NCBI RefSeq assembly: GCF_963921235.1
Contig: NC_086097.1
Coordinates: forward strand, 233,866,001 to 233,930,000
Direction: 5' to 3'
Length of the DNA: 64,000 nt
Origin: Mobula hypostoma
Lineage: Eukaryota
A program made the translations under genes and the position numbers. The notes under the pieces are model-generated. The model worked only from the letters and a program-made list of their open reading frames with translations. It had not been told where the DNA came from and did not search any database. The stretch's first letter is position 1. Each line of letters opens with the position of its first letter. Below are positions 12,668 through 25,400 of the stretch, one piece after another.

Positions 12668-13341
12668 TTAGGTTATGAGAACACTCAGTCCTCTTTTATT
12701 GTCATTTAGAAATGCATACATGCATTAAGAAGTGATACAATGTTTCTCCGGAGTGATATCACAAAAAACAGGACAAACCAAAGACTAACACTGACAGAAC
12801 CACGTAATTATAACATACAGTTACAGCAGTGCAAAGCAACACCATACTTTGATGAAGAGCAAACCATGGGCATGATAGGAAAAAAGGTCTCAAAGTCCCC
12901 GAGTCAATCGACTCCCGAGTCCCCGATAGCAGGCAGCAAAAGGGAGAAACTCCCTGCCATAAACCTCCAGGCACCGTCAACTTGCCGATGCCTTGGAAGC
13001 AGCCGACCACAGCTGACACTGGGTCCGTACATCTGAAAACTTCGAGCCTCCGACCAGCCCCTCGGATACAACCTCCCAAGTGCCATCCTCTGCCGAGCGC
13101 CTTTGGCCTCACCCTAGCCACTGAAACAAGCAAAGCCGAGGATTCGGGCCTTCTGCTCCAGAGATTCCGGTTACCACACAGTAGCAGCAGCAGCGATTTC
13201 AGAAGTTTCTCTAGATGTTCCTCCGCACTCTCACGTCTGTCTCCATCAAATCAGAATTGTGCACGCTCCCCGACTTGACAGATTACAGATATTCACCAGA
13301 GTGGCTTCGCGAGCTGCCGTTGCACCGCCATCTTCACCTCC
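12668..13341 (-). mobile_element. ~670-bp non-coding retroposon, copy 1
   Basis: Homologous to 42274-42796 and 54855-55526. 5' end GGAGGTGAAGATGGCGG; 3' end GACAATAAAAGAGGACTGAGTGTTCTCATAACCTAA. Confidence 0.8.
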
Positions 13342-13384
13342 TTGTGATATTTATCTAATTATATTTTGGCCTCTTATAATTTGT

Positions 13385-15560
13385 CCTGTCTGACCATAGC
13401 GCCATAATGTTAATCTCAGCATTCTGTCTGTTGCTGAGAATGGAGAAACCAGTAAAGAGGACCATCACTTTATGGCCAAATGAGGCAATCTCTATGCTTC
13501 AATCACAAACAAGAGAGAATCTGCAGATGCTGGAAATCCAAGCAACACATACAAAATGCTGGAGGAACTCAGCAGGCCAGGCAGCATCTATGGAAAAAAG
13601 TACAGTCAATGTTTCGGGCCAAGACCCTTCAGCAGTCCTGTGATGCGGTTGGTCAACACTACGTACCTATAGAAGTTTGTCAAAGTAGTAAGTTAGTAAG
13701 TCATTAAGTATGTTGATAGAATTAGTACTTCAAGACCCCTCATCTCATGGCCCAACCAGAAGTGCTGGCTGAATGCAGAGGCACAGTCCCCACTAAAAGC
13801 CAGGACACTACTTTCAAGTCTGGTGACAGAACAGCTTTCAGAGCAGCCAGGAGAAATTTGTCTTAGACATCAAGAGCACCAAGGCCATCTACTCTCAGAA
13901 AAGTTAGGAACACCTGTCCGATAATGATCCCCAGTGTATGTGGCTGGGCATCAAGGCTATTACTGACGATGCAAGGAAAATCAAGTCGACTATACTAGTG
14001 ACACTTCCCTCCCTGATGTCCTAAGCAACTTTCATGCATGCTTCGAAGCACGCAACGCAATGCTAGCCATGAAAGTTACCCACCTCCCTGGAAATCAGCC
14101 ACTAAGACCATAAGGCGGCCAGGCCAGAAAATATCCTAGGCTGAGAACTCAGAGAGAATGCACAATAGCTTACCGATGCCTTCACAGACATCTGCAACAC
14201 TTCACTCATCCAGGCTGCTTCAGATCAGCCACCAACATTCCTGTAGCAAAGAACACTGCCCATTAAGAACTCAATGCATACCACCCCGTGGCACTGACAC
14301 CAACCATCAGGAAGTGTTTTGAATGGGTAATGGCATATGTCAAACACTGCATTCCTGCCACAATGGACATTCACCAATATGATACTGACAGAACCGCTCT
14401 ACAACATATGTCATAGAGTCTGTCATGCACCTGGCCCTGACACACCGAGAAAACATGGACACATGTCAGAATGCTGTTTCTGAATTTCATTTCAGCGTTC
14501 AACATTGTTATCCCACAGATCTTGATGAACAACCTCTTACTTCTTGGTCTAAAAAGACCACTGTGTTAGACTTCATAAACAACAGACCTCAGATAGTCAG
14601 GATGCACAACTGCTCATGCGCCCCCATCTTCCTGAACACAATATCCGCGCCCCCGCCCGCCGGGCTGTGTGCTGAGCCTATTGCTGTACATTCTGCTCAC
14701 TCACGAGTGCACAGCCAAACACCCGAGTAATCACATTGTCAAGTTCGCCAATGACCCCACAGCGGTGGGACTCATCACCAGCAGCAGCCTACAGAGAGAA
14801 AGTAGAAGAGCTTAAGGCCTGGCGCCAGTCAATAAGACAAAGGCGATGGTTATCATTTCAGGAAAACTTCTACCGCTCACACCCATCTTTACATCGACAG
14901 CACAGCAGCAGAAACTACAAACAGTCTCGAACTCCTGGGAGTGCACATCTCGCTCAAACTCTCATGGTCCCAGAAAACATCCTACACAATCAGGCAACCT
15001 CGGCAATGCCTCTACTTTCTGAAGTGACTGAAGAGAGCTGGACTATGCACACCTATACTGGTGCAATTCTACAGAAGTGCACTGGAGAACATCCTATCAA
15101 ACTTCACTACTGCTTTGGACGGGAAGTGCACTGCGGCGGGCAGAAAGGCTCTGTGATCGGGAGTCAAAACTGCTCAACACATCACCAGCACCTGCCAGCT
15201 CACCATCAAGGGCATGTATATAGAAAGATGCCGGGAAAAAAGCCAGTAACATCATAAGGCATCCTACCCGCCCTGCTCGTGGACTGTTTGCCCTACTCCC
15301 ATCAGGAAAGAGGCTGCATGGCATCCTCACCAGGATCACCAGACTCAAAAATAGTTATATTGCCCAAGCAGTAAGGCTGATCAACACTGCCACCACTAAC
15401 CCATCCCTCCACACCCCCAACCACCACTTCCTTATCGTTTCCTGTTGGTCACCTTATGTACAGACACTCACTTTATGGGCATACAATCAATCTACATATG
15501 TACGTAAGCTATCATACTCTTTTATATTTATTGCGTTTTTTATTATTTCTGTTATGATCT
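13385..15560 (+). mobile_element. Old Rex1/Babar LINE, decayed
   Basis: Remnants of [30 protein letters not shown] (gggctgtgtgctgagccta), VKFAND and LPSG..., followed by a 3' UTR. Confidence 0.8.
13502..13636 (-). mobile_element. PLE terminal repeat with tail and variant hammerhead core
   Basis: Minus strand reads CTGCTGAAGGGTCTTGGCCCGAAACATTGACTG...ccagcatctgcagattctctcttgtttgtgat. Confidence 0.8.
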
Positions 15561-15562
15561 TA

Positions 15563-16130
15563 TGAGGACCTCCGTCGGTCAGAGTTGACGATGGATATCG
15601 CATCCTACCTGCCTAGGTATGTAAGCCTGGGGCAGTACGATATGAAGAGTAAGCTGTTGCCCATGTAGGAAGTTCTCCCGCTCCACTCATCTGACAAACC
15701 CAAAGGAACAACAGAGACCGACACAGTTTGGAACCAGAAGCTTGCAGGGGTTGCCAGTCAGCACTGGACTCAATGTAGGACTGTCTTATGGAATCCAGCT
15801 CCGGATTTTTCCCTCAGGGTTTACTCCTGAAACCTTCCTCATGAGTGGGTAGAGCTGCAAGGCAGCGGAGGTTTGAGATCAAAACTTTCCTTCTCCTAGA
15901 TGAGCTGCCAAGCATGGCTGACGAGCCCAAGGCGCCTGCTTTTAAGGCACCGGTAACCCACCTTTGCCCCTTCTCCTGTCACTAGAAACGGTTCTGCTGG
16001 GCTTAGTAGCTAAGCCACACATGAAGACCAGGAGCTGTACTTGATTGTCAGAAGCTATTTGAAGTGTACACCATTAGGAGAACTTAATAGGTAGTGAGAG
16101 CTTATCCCCATTACCATCCCCACCCCGTTG
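15563..16130 (-). mobile_element. Non-autonomous RTE-type derivative (5' UTR-like part plus short 3' end)
   Basis: No long ORF. Minus strand has GGCAGCTCATCTAGGAGAAGGAAA, which resembles RTE 5' UTR motifs as I recall them, and a 40-nt block shared with the 5' end of the RTE at 26336-26372. Confidence 0.55.
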
Positions 16131-16944
16131 CAGCTATAAAAACATTAAGGTACTTGATCTTGTATCTTCAATAATATGAGAAAAAAAAGGAATAATAATT
16201 AACTTATAATGCAGCAGCTTGAAAATTAACTTTCAGTCAAAACAGCTCAGACAAAAATGTTGTGGATCAATTAGAACTGGGCTAAAAGTGACTTCTAAAA
16301 CTTTTTAAAAATCTGGTATAGTTTGGTTTGATAATGACTGAAATGAACACAGGGAGGTTAAAGCGACTTGCCATTCTATATTTGCATTTATATGGACATG
16401 ACAATTAGATTTTGTAAATTACTTCTGAAGTGTATTTACCAGAATAAATAAGTGTGTAGAAAACAAGCCTCGATGTATAATCAGTGCCTGACGGCAGCAT
16501 ATATTTGAAGAAAGTAATGCTGGGTCTTATGCTGCCCCCAGGGTACAAAACTTTACAATTAATTATCATTAGTTTAAAATTTATGATTTAGGTAGGTGTT
16601 GACCCCTACTGCCAAATTATTTTTTATGGGACAACAGAAATTTATGATTCGGAGCAAAATATACCTTGCGCAGCAGATTTTACAGAGCCGAATGTGAACT
16701 GCAGTGTAGTTACAGGGCTTGCCTTATAATGATGTGCCTCAGCTGATAAACAGCTTTTCATAATTGAGCCCACCACAATGAAGTCAAGGTGATCGTAAGT
16801 GTTGTGGCTGTGGAATTTTAATGAGTTATCAGTGAAATTAATGACAAAAATATAGTGAGCTTTGTGGTGAGATATTTGAAGCAAGCTGAGGGAAAAAAAA
16901 TCTGAAACTGAATTATCTTTCTCTTTCTTCACTGTCAGATAAAA

Positions 16945-18206
16945 TTGAAAGTAAATTTTATTATCAAAGTACATATACTTCACTATATACAACCCTGAGA
17001 ATAATTTTCTTGAGGGCGTACTCAATAAATCCATAGAATATTAACCATAACAGGATTAATGAACGACTGCCTAACTTGGGAATTCGACTAGAGTGCAAGA
17101 GACATTCATCATCAACAGGTGCCATGCCCAGTTTGAGCTTTGACTGCCATGGCCCACACGCGCCTGTTTCTGGTCAAGCGGATCAATTCATTGGTATTCA
17201 TTGGTATTCATTTCCAGTTCTCTGGCTGCTGTCTCCGTCATCATTTGTCTTTGTCTTCCTCTTGCTTTCGTCCCTTCAATCTTTCCCATAATTACAGTGC
17301 ATTCTAACTCCTCTTTCCTAATCACATGTCCAATGAAGTTACGTTGCCTTTTCATGATCTCTTACATTATTTCTCTTTTTGTGTTTGCTCTGTTCATGCC
17401 ATCCTTGTTAGATATTCACTTCGTCCATGATATCCTTTGCATCCTCCTCAAAAACCACATCTCTGCTGTTGCAATTTGTTTCCTCAAGTTACTAGATATT
17501 GTCAAACATTCTGAGCCATATAACATAACTGGATAAATGTAACATTTCAGTGCTCTGAGGCGGGTTGTCATGCCTAGTTTAGTATTGGTCAGTATCCTCT
17601 TCATTCTCGTAAAGGTGTCTTTTGCCATCACTATTCTTCTTTTGATGTCCATGTTGCACCTGCCACCTGATGTCACCCATCTTCCTAAGTAGCAAAAGTT
17701 CTGTACTTGTTTTATGTCTTCCCCGTTTATTCTGAACCTGCAGATAGGATTCTCCTTCTTTTTGGATATCACTATCCATTCTGTCTTTTTGCAATTGATA
17801 GATAGACCCATTTTTGCACTTTCTTCAACAATTATATCAATTAAGTAGTTCTTCCTCCGTACTTGCAGTTAACACAGAGTCATCTGCATATCTGAAAGAC
17901 AATAAACTGTGCAAATACAAAAAGAATAAATAATAAATACTGAGAACATAAGATGAAGAGTCCCTGAAAGTGAGTTAATTGATTATGGGACATTTAAATG
18001 AGGGGGTAAGTGAAGTTGATTGAAGTGATCCCCTTTGGTTTAAAGGCTTGAAGTTTGAAGGGTAGTAACTGTTCCTGAACCTGGTGGTGTGATTCCTGAG
18101 GGTCCTGTACCCTCTCCCTGATGGCAGCACAGAGAAGGGAGCAGGTCCTGCATAGTGGGCATCCCTGATGATGGATGCTGCTTTCCTGCGACAGTGTTTC
18201 ATGTGG
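16945..18206 (-). mobile_element. Rex1 LINE 3' end interrupted by an RTE fragment
   Basis: ORF 17975-18202 (CRRKAASII, LPSGRGYR, TTRFRNSYYP). The 3' UTR continues on both sides of the RTE and ends aataaaatttactttcaa. Confidence 0.85.
17105..17894 (-). mobile_element. RTE LINE 3' fragment
   Basis: ORF 17416-17811 (GLSINCKKT, FCYLG, DIKRRI, LYGSEC, AEMWFLRRM); (GAT)n-like tail; agaca on both sides as a probable TSD. Confidence 0.85.
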
Positions 18207-19296
18207 AAGTTAGGCAGCCTTTCCTTGATTCTGTTATGGTTAATAGTCTATGGATTTATTGAGTTTGCCCACAAGAAACCTTATCTCAGGGTTGTATGCA
18301 GTGAGATATATGTACTTTGATAATAAAATTTACTTTGAATTTTATTTGACAGTGAAGGAAGAGGAAGGTAATTCTGTTCAACATTTTGTTCCGCAGCCTG
18401 CTTTGAATATTTCACCACAGAGCTCACTATATGATTCTGCTCAGTGGTTGGAAGGGCTTTACCCCATGATAAACTGTACAAATCAAACAACCAAAATCTA
18501 CCTAGACATCCACCCATTTGGTGTATTAGGTAGGTACTATACTTAACATCAGTGTCTCATCAATTCCTCAACACTAATCTTGAAATTGGGCAGGAAGAAA
18601 ATTAAGATGGGCTAAAACAGGACTTGTGCAATTCCTGTCAGAAGCAACACTGTGCTGCAATGACAATTGAGAAGGGTACCAAGACCTTAAAGGCATTCTA
18701 CCAGGATAGCTACACAGCAGGAGAATTTCAGGGAGTGGGATATAAGCAATATTTAATGGGAGTTATCACCCCTCACACAATTATCTGCCCTGAGCTAATC
18801 CTTGAGTATCCACATGCCATTGTAAAGTATGGCAAACAAGGGGAATGGTATTGCTGCGTGTGTTTCTGATGTGATTTATCAACAGTGAAGGTATAACCTA
18901 TGAGACAATTTCCATTACCCCTGAGCATTGGAAACTGAAGGTGACAGATGCTATTTGCAAGGCATTGATGTCAGATTGCAGACTATTTAATTGACAACAC
19001 ATTGCCAACATCAGACCGATGAGCACCTAGATTTTTTGGAGTGTCCAGTGAAGGTCCAAATTTGCAATCATAAGCTCCAATTTTTGTTAGAACTAGAGGA
19101 GATACGTGATGCACAACTTGTAATGAGGTTGGGTTTGGCACTGACTTTGGGACAATAATGTGAATAAGGAATGGAGGCTACCTGGCTAATTTTTCAATAG
19201 GCAGGATTTCACCAGGAAAAGATTGCTAATGTGACCTAGCCCAGGATAAATCACTTCTACCAACATCAATTGCAAAAAACAGATAATAGATCAATA

Positions 19297-19396
19297 AACA
19301 CACATCAAAGTTACTGGTGAACGCAGCAGGCCAGGCAGCATCTCTAGGAAGAGGTACAGTCGACGTTTCAGGCCGAGACCCTTCATCAGGACTAAC
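19297..19396 (-). mobile_element. 100-bp solo PLE terminal repeat with a 13-bp TSD
   Basis: Exact direct repeat taatagatcaata at 19284-19296 and 19397-19409. Confidence 0.85.
19357..19394 (-). ncRNA. Minimal type I hammerhead ribozyme (best-preserved copy)
   Basis: Minus strand: TAGTC-CTGATGA-AGGGTCTCGGCCT-GAAA-CGTC-GACTG. Helix I AGUC/GACU, intact core, GUC site. Confidence 0.8.
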
Positions 19397-19411
19397 TAAT
19401 AGATCAATAGT

Positions 19412-22400
19412 CTTCTTCTTCTTCATGAGTGTTACACGCTTGGGCGATCATGGCTCTCAACATCGAACGATCCCTCGCAGCATCAATGATATCTCGCACG
19501 TTTAGATCTGTTAGTTCTTTCACAGTGTTCATATATTTTTTTCTTTGCCTTCCTCTTCTGCGTTTCTCAGGCATATGGCCTTGTAGTGTAAGGCATTCTA
19601 TTTCTCCCTTTCTGATGGCATGGCTCGGGAAACTAAGTTTCCTCTCATTTAATATTCTCATTAAAGATCTTTTTGTATGGGCATGTTAGAGTACTGTCTC
19701 ATTAGTCACCGTATCTCTATATGATATGTTCAGCATTCTTCTATGAAACCACATTTCTGTTGCTTCTAAGTTTCTTTGGAGTTCTGGTGTTATAGTCCAT
19801 GTTTCAAAAGCATACAGCAAGATAGACCAAATGTAACATTTTAGTAGCCTAAGCCTTGTTGTCATAGAAATATGTCTGTTGGTAAAAATGGGTTTCATTT
19901 TTTGGAAGTTGGTTTTGTCAATGGCAATTCTTATTTTTATTTCTACTTTACTTCTAGCATCTTGTGATGTAAAGCTATCAAAGTAATTAAAGCTGGTCTT
20001 TTGTTTAATCTCTTGGTTACCAATGTACAATTGGCAGTTGTGAGTATCCTGCTGTTCTGATATTACTATACATTTGGTTTTTTACAGTTGATGGTTAGAC
20101 CCGAATCTGCACTTGTTTGTACTAGTCTGTCGAGGAGGATTTGTAGGTCCTCTGCAGCACTTGCTATTAGGCTGGTATCGTCTGCATATCTTATGATATA
20201 AGATATAAGATATAAGATGTTAACACCTCCAATTTTTATCCCATCCAGATCTTCTATTTCTCTCAGACTCATTTCACTAAAGATATTAAATCATTCCGGT
20301 GAGGCAACGCATCCCTGTCTAACTCCTCTTTGAATTTTAGTCCAACTGCTTATATTATCATCAATTTTTACTGCTGCCGTTTGATTCCAATATAAATTTT
20401 GAAGCAGTTGTTGGTCCCTTCCGTTAATGTTTAATTTAGCGAGAATTTGAAATAATTTTTCATGATGCACTTTGTTGAATGCTTTAGTGAAATCAATAAA
20501 ACATAAAAAGACATCATTTTGATATTCAATTGCCCTTTCTGAAAGCATTCGTAGTATGAAAATTGCTTTCCTAATTCGTCTATCCTCAATAAATTCATAT
20601 TGCAGTTTAGAAGTTTCTGGACTTAATTTGTTTTTAATTCGACTCAGAACAACTCTCAACAAAATCTTTATTATGTGACTCGTAAGGCTGATTGTTCTAT
20701 AATTTTTGCAGCCAATAGTTCCAGGAATTCTTGGCAGAGTTATAAATAATGATTTCAAGAGATCGTCAGGCAATACACCAGACTCATATATGCCATTAAA
20801 CAGTTCAAAAAGAATATCTATGCCCAGATCTTCTAGGGCTTGTATCACTTCCACTGAAATTCCTTCGACAATAAGTACTCCTGTTTGAGTACTGTTGGGG
20901 GGGACAGCCTATCTGGAGGAAGCAACAGTGGCTGTGCCTCTGGCGCAGAGTCTGGCCCTGTGGCTCAAAAGGGTAGGAAAAGGAAGAGGATGGCAGGAGT
21001 GATAGGGGACTCTATAGTTAGGGGGTCAGGCAGGCAATTCTGTGGACGCAGGAAAGAAACTCGGATGGTAGTTTGCCTCCCAGGTACCAGGGTCCAGGAT
21101 GTTTCAGATCACATCCAAGATATCCTGCAGTGGGAGGGAGAACAGCCAGAGGTCATGGTACATATTGGTTCCAATGACATAGGTAGGAAAAAGGGAGGAG
21201 GTCCTGAAAAAAGACTACATGGAGTTAGGAAGGAAGTTGAGAAGCAGGACTGCAATGGTAGTAATCTCGAGATTACTGCCTGTGCCATGCAACAGTGAGA
21301 ATAGGAATAGAATGAGGTGGAGGATAATTGCGTGGCTGAGGGATTGGAGCAGAGGGCAGGGGTTCAGATTTCTGGATCATTGAGACCACTTTTGGGGCAG
21401 ATGTGACCTGTACAAAAAGGACGGGTTGCACTTGAATCCCAAGGGGACCAATATCCTGGCAGGGAGGTTTGCTAAGGCTACTAGGGAGAGTTTAAATTAG
21501 AATTGTTGGGGGGGTGGGAACCAAACTGAAGAGAGGGCTGAAGAGGAGGTTGGCTCACAGCTAGAGAAAGCTTGTAGACAGTGCGAGAGGGAGGATAGGC
21601 AGGTGGTAGAGAAGGGACGCGTTCAGACCGAAGGTTTGAGATGTGTCGATTTTAACACAAGGAGTGTTGTGAACAAAGCGGATGAGCTTAGAGCGTGGAT
21701 CAGTACTTGGAGATATGATGTGGTGGCCATTACAGAGACTTGGATGGCTCAGGGACGGGAATGGTTACTTCAAGTGCCGGGTTTTAGATGTTTCAGAAAG
21801 GACAGGGAGGAAGGCAAAAGAGGTGGGGCACGGCACTGTTGATCAGAGATAGTGTCACGGCTGCAGAAAAGGTGGACGCCATGGAGGGATTGTCTACGGA
21901 GTCTCTGTGGGTGGAGGTTAGGAACAGGAAGGGGTCAATAACTTTACTGGGTGTTTTTTATAGGCCGCCCAATAGTAAAAAGGATATCGAGGAGCAGATA
22001 GGGAAATAGATCCTGGAAAGATGGAATAATAACAGAGTTGTCGTGATGGGAGATTTTAATTTCCCAAATATTGATTGGCATCTCCTAAGAGCAAAGAGTT
22101 GAGATGGGGTGGAGTTTGTTAGGTGTATTCAGGAAGGTTTCTTGACACAATATGTAGATAAGCCTACAAGATCTGTACTTGATTTTGTACTGGGAAATGA
22201 ACCTGGTCAGGTGTCAGATCTCTCAGTGGGAAAGCAAGCATATTGGAGATAGTGATCATAATTCTATCGCCTTTAAAATAGCATTGGAGAGAGCTAGGCA
22301 CAGACAAGTTAGAAAGCTGTTTAATTGGAGCAAGGGGAATTATGAGGCAATCAGTCAGGAAATTGGAGGCTTAAATTAGAAACAGATGTTCTCAGGGAAA

Positions 22401-25400
22401 AGTACAGATGAAATGTGGCAAATATTCAGGGGATATCTGTGTGGAGTTCTGCATAGGTACGTTCCAATGAGACAAGGAAGTTATGGTAGGGTACAGGAAC
22501 CCTGGTGTAAAAAGTCTGTAATAAATCTAGTCAAGAAGAAAAGAAAAGCTTACATAAGGTTCAGAGAGCTAGGTAACGTTAGAGATCTAGAAGATTATAA
22601 GGCTACTAGGAAGGAGCTTAAGAAGGAAAATAGGAGAGCCAGAAGGGGCCATGAGAAGGGCTTGGCAGGCAGGATTAAGGAAAACCCCAAGGCATTCTAC
22701 AAGTATGTGAAGAGCAAGAGGATAAGACATGAAAGAATAAGACCTATTAAGTATGACAGTGGGAAAGTGTGTATGGAACCGGAGGAAATAGCAGAGGTAC
22801 AGTACTTAATCAATACTTTACTTCAGTATTCTCTATAGAGAAGGATCTTGGTGAGTGTAGTGATGACTTGCAGCAGTCTGAAAAGCTTGAGCATGTAGAT
22901 ATTAAGGTGGAGGATGTGCTGGAGCTTTTGGAAAGCATCAAGTTGGATAAGCCGCTGGGACCAGATGAAATATACCCCAGGCTACTGTGGGAGGAGAGGG
23001 AGGAGATTGCTGAGCCTCCAGCAATGATCTTTGCATCTTCAATGGAGACGGGAGAGGATCCGGAGGATTGGAGGGTTGCGGATGTTGTTTCCTTATTCAA
23101 GAAAGGGAGTAGAGATAGCCCAGGAAATTATAGACCAGTGAGTCTTACTTCAGTGGCTGGTAAGTGGATGGAGAAGATCCTGAGAGGCAGGATTTATGAA
23201 CATTTGGAGAGGTATTATATGATTAGGAATAATCAGCATGCCATTGTCAAGGGCAGGTCATGCCGTACGAGCTTAATCTAACTTTTTGAGGATGTGACTA
23301 AACACATTGATGAAGGAAGAGCAGTAGATGTAGTGTATATGGATTTCCGCAAGGCATATGATAAGGTACCCCATGCGAGGCTTATTGAGAAAATAAGGAC
23401 GCATGAGATCAAAGGGGACATCGCTTTGTCGATCCAGAACTGGCTTGCGCACAGAAGGCAAAGAGTGGTTATAGACGTGTCATATTCTGCATGGAGGTCA
23501 GTCACCAGTGGAGTGCCTCAGGGATCTGTTCTGGGACCCGTACTCTTGGTGATTTTTATAAGTGACCTGGGTGAGGAAGTGGAGGGATGGGTTAGTAAGT
23601 TTGCTGATGACACAAAGGTTGGCGGTGTTGTGGATAGTGTGGAAGGCTGTCAGAGGTTACAGCGGGATATTGATAGGAAGCAAAACTGGGCTGAGAAGTG
23701 GCAGATGGACTTCAACCCAGATAAGTGTCAAGTGGTTCATTTTGGTAGGTCAAACATGATGGCAGAATATAGTATTAATGGTAAGACTCTTGGCAGTGTG
23801 GAGCATCAGAGGGATCTTGGGGTCTGAGTTCATAGGACACTCAAAGCAGCTGCACAGATTGACTCTGTGGTTAAGAAGACATATGGTGTATTGGCCTTCA
23901 TCAATCGTGGAATTGAATTTAGGAGCCGAGAGTTAATGTTGCAACTATATAGAACCCTGGTCAGATTCCACTTGGAGTACTGTGCTCAGTTCTGGTTGCC
24001 TCACTACAGGAAGGATGTGGAAGCCATAGAAAGGGTGCAGAGGAGATTTGCAAGGATATTGCCTGGATTGGGGAGAATGCCTTATGAGAATAGGTTGAGT
24101 GAACTCGGCCTTTTCTGCTTGGAGCGACGGAGGATGAGAGGTGACCTGATAGAGGTGTATAAGGTGATGAGAGGCATTGATCGTGTGGATAGTCAGAGGC
24201 TTTTTTCCAGGGCTGAAATGGTTGCCACAAGAGGACACAGGTTTAAGGTGCTGGGGAGTAGGTACAGAAGAGACGTCAGGGGTAAGTTCTTTACGCAGAG
24301 AGTGGTGAGTGCTTGGAATGGGCTGCCGGCAACGGTGGTGGAGGAAGATACGACAGGGTCTTTTAAGAGACTTTTAGATAGGTACATGGAGCTTAGTACA
24401 ATAGGGGGCTATAGGTAAGTCTAGTAATTTCTAAGGTAGGGACATGTTCGGCACAATTCCGTGGGCCGAAGGGCCTGTATTGTGCTGTAGGTTTTCTATG
24501 TTTCTATGAAATTTCATCAGGTCCAGTGGCTTTACCATGTTTCATGCTTTTCATTGCTTTAGTTATTTTTTCTTTGGTAATAGGTGTGCCAGAATTAGGG
24601 TGTTTAGAATCCGGGGCGTTCCCCTCTATTATCTTCAAAAAGCTTCTCTCTGTACTGAATCTACCTCTCACATACTTTATCTGGATCTGTTAGTATGGAT
24701 CCGTCTGCTGATCTTATGCATCCTGCAGAGGAGATTGTCTTAATTCCAGTAATATCCTTAATTTTCTTGTGCGTTTCTTTGTTGTTGTTAATATGGCCTT
24801 CTACCTCATTGCATTTTTGATTCAGCCATTTTTCCTTTGCAATGTTGCACAATTGTCTGGTCAGTCTGTCTAGCTCTTTGTATTGCACCTCATTATTCCT
24901 CACTAACCTTCTTTGTTCCATCAGATCTAGAATTTCTTGGGTTACCCACCTGTTGTTGATGTGTTGGATTTCTTGCACTGGGATTATCTCCTCTGCTGAT
25001 TTCTGTATAGCATATTTAAATCTGTCCCAAATAGGTGTTGTTTTGTTTTCATTGAGGTGTTCTTCTACAGCTGTTTTGAACTGTTGCTATCATTTTTAAG
25101 TTCTCCCAACATATACTTCGTTCTCTTTTTTCCATGTTTCAGTTCTTTAATTTTGTTTCAATGGTAGCTATTACTGGATGGTGATCTGAACCACAGTCTG
25201 CTCCTGGGTAGGCTTTAGAATTTGTAATACTATTTCTAAGATGTTCATTGATGGTAATGAAATCTATTTGATTCCTTGTTCTATCTCCATGGCTAATCCA
25301 AGTACACAATCTTCGTGGATGGTTTTTATACCAAGTATTGGTGATAACTTGGTTGTTTCTGACACACCAGTCAGTAAACCTTTCTCCAGTTTCATTTTTC

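Larger units (their letters stand above)
16851..18431. repeat. ~225-bp inverted duplication (arms 16851-17077 and 18207-18431)
   Basis: The arms align end to end at roughly 80% identity by eye, including ~90 bp beyond the Rex1 terminus. The spurious ORFs 16642-17034(-) and 18250-18546(+) share MDLLS...YMYFDNKIYF.FYLTVK.E..NSV. Confidence 0.9.
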
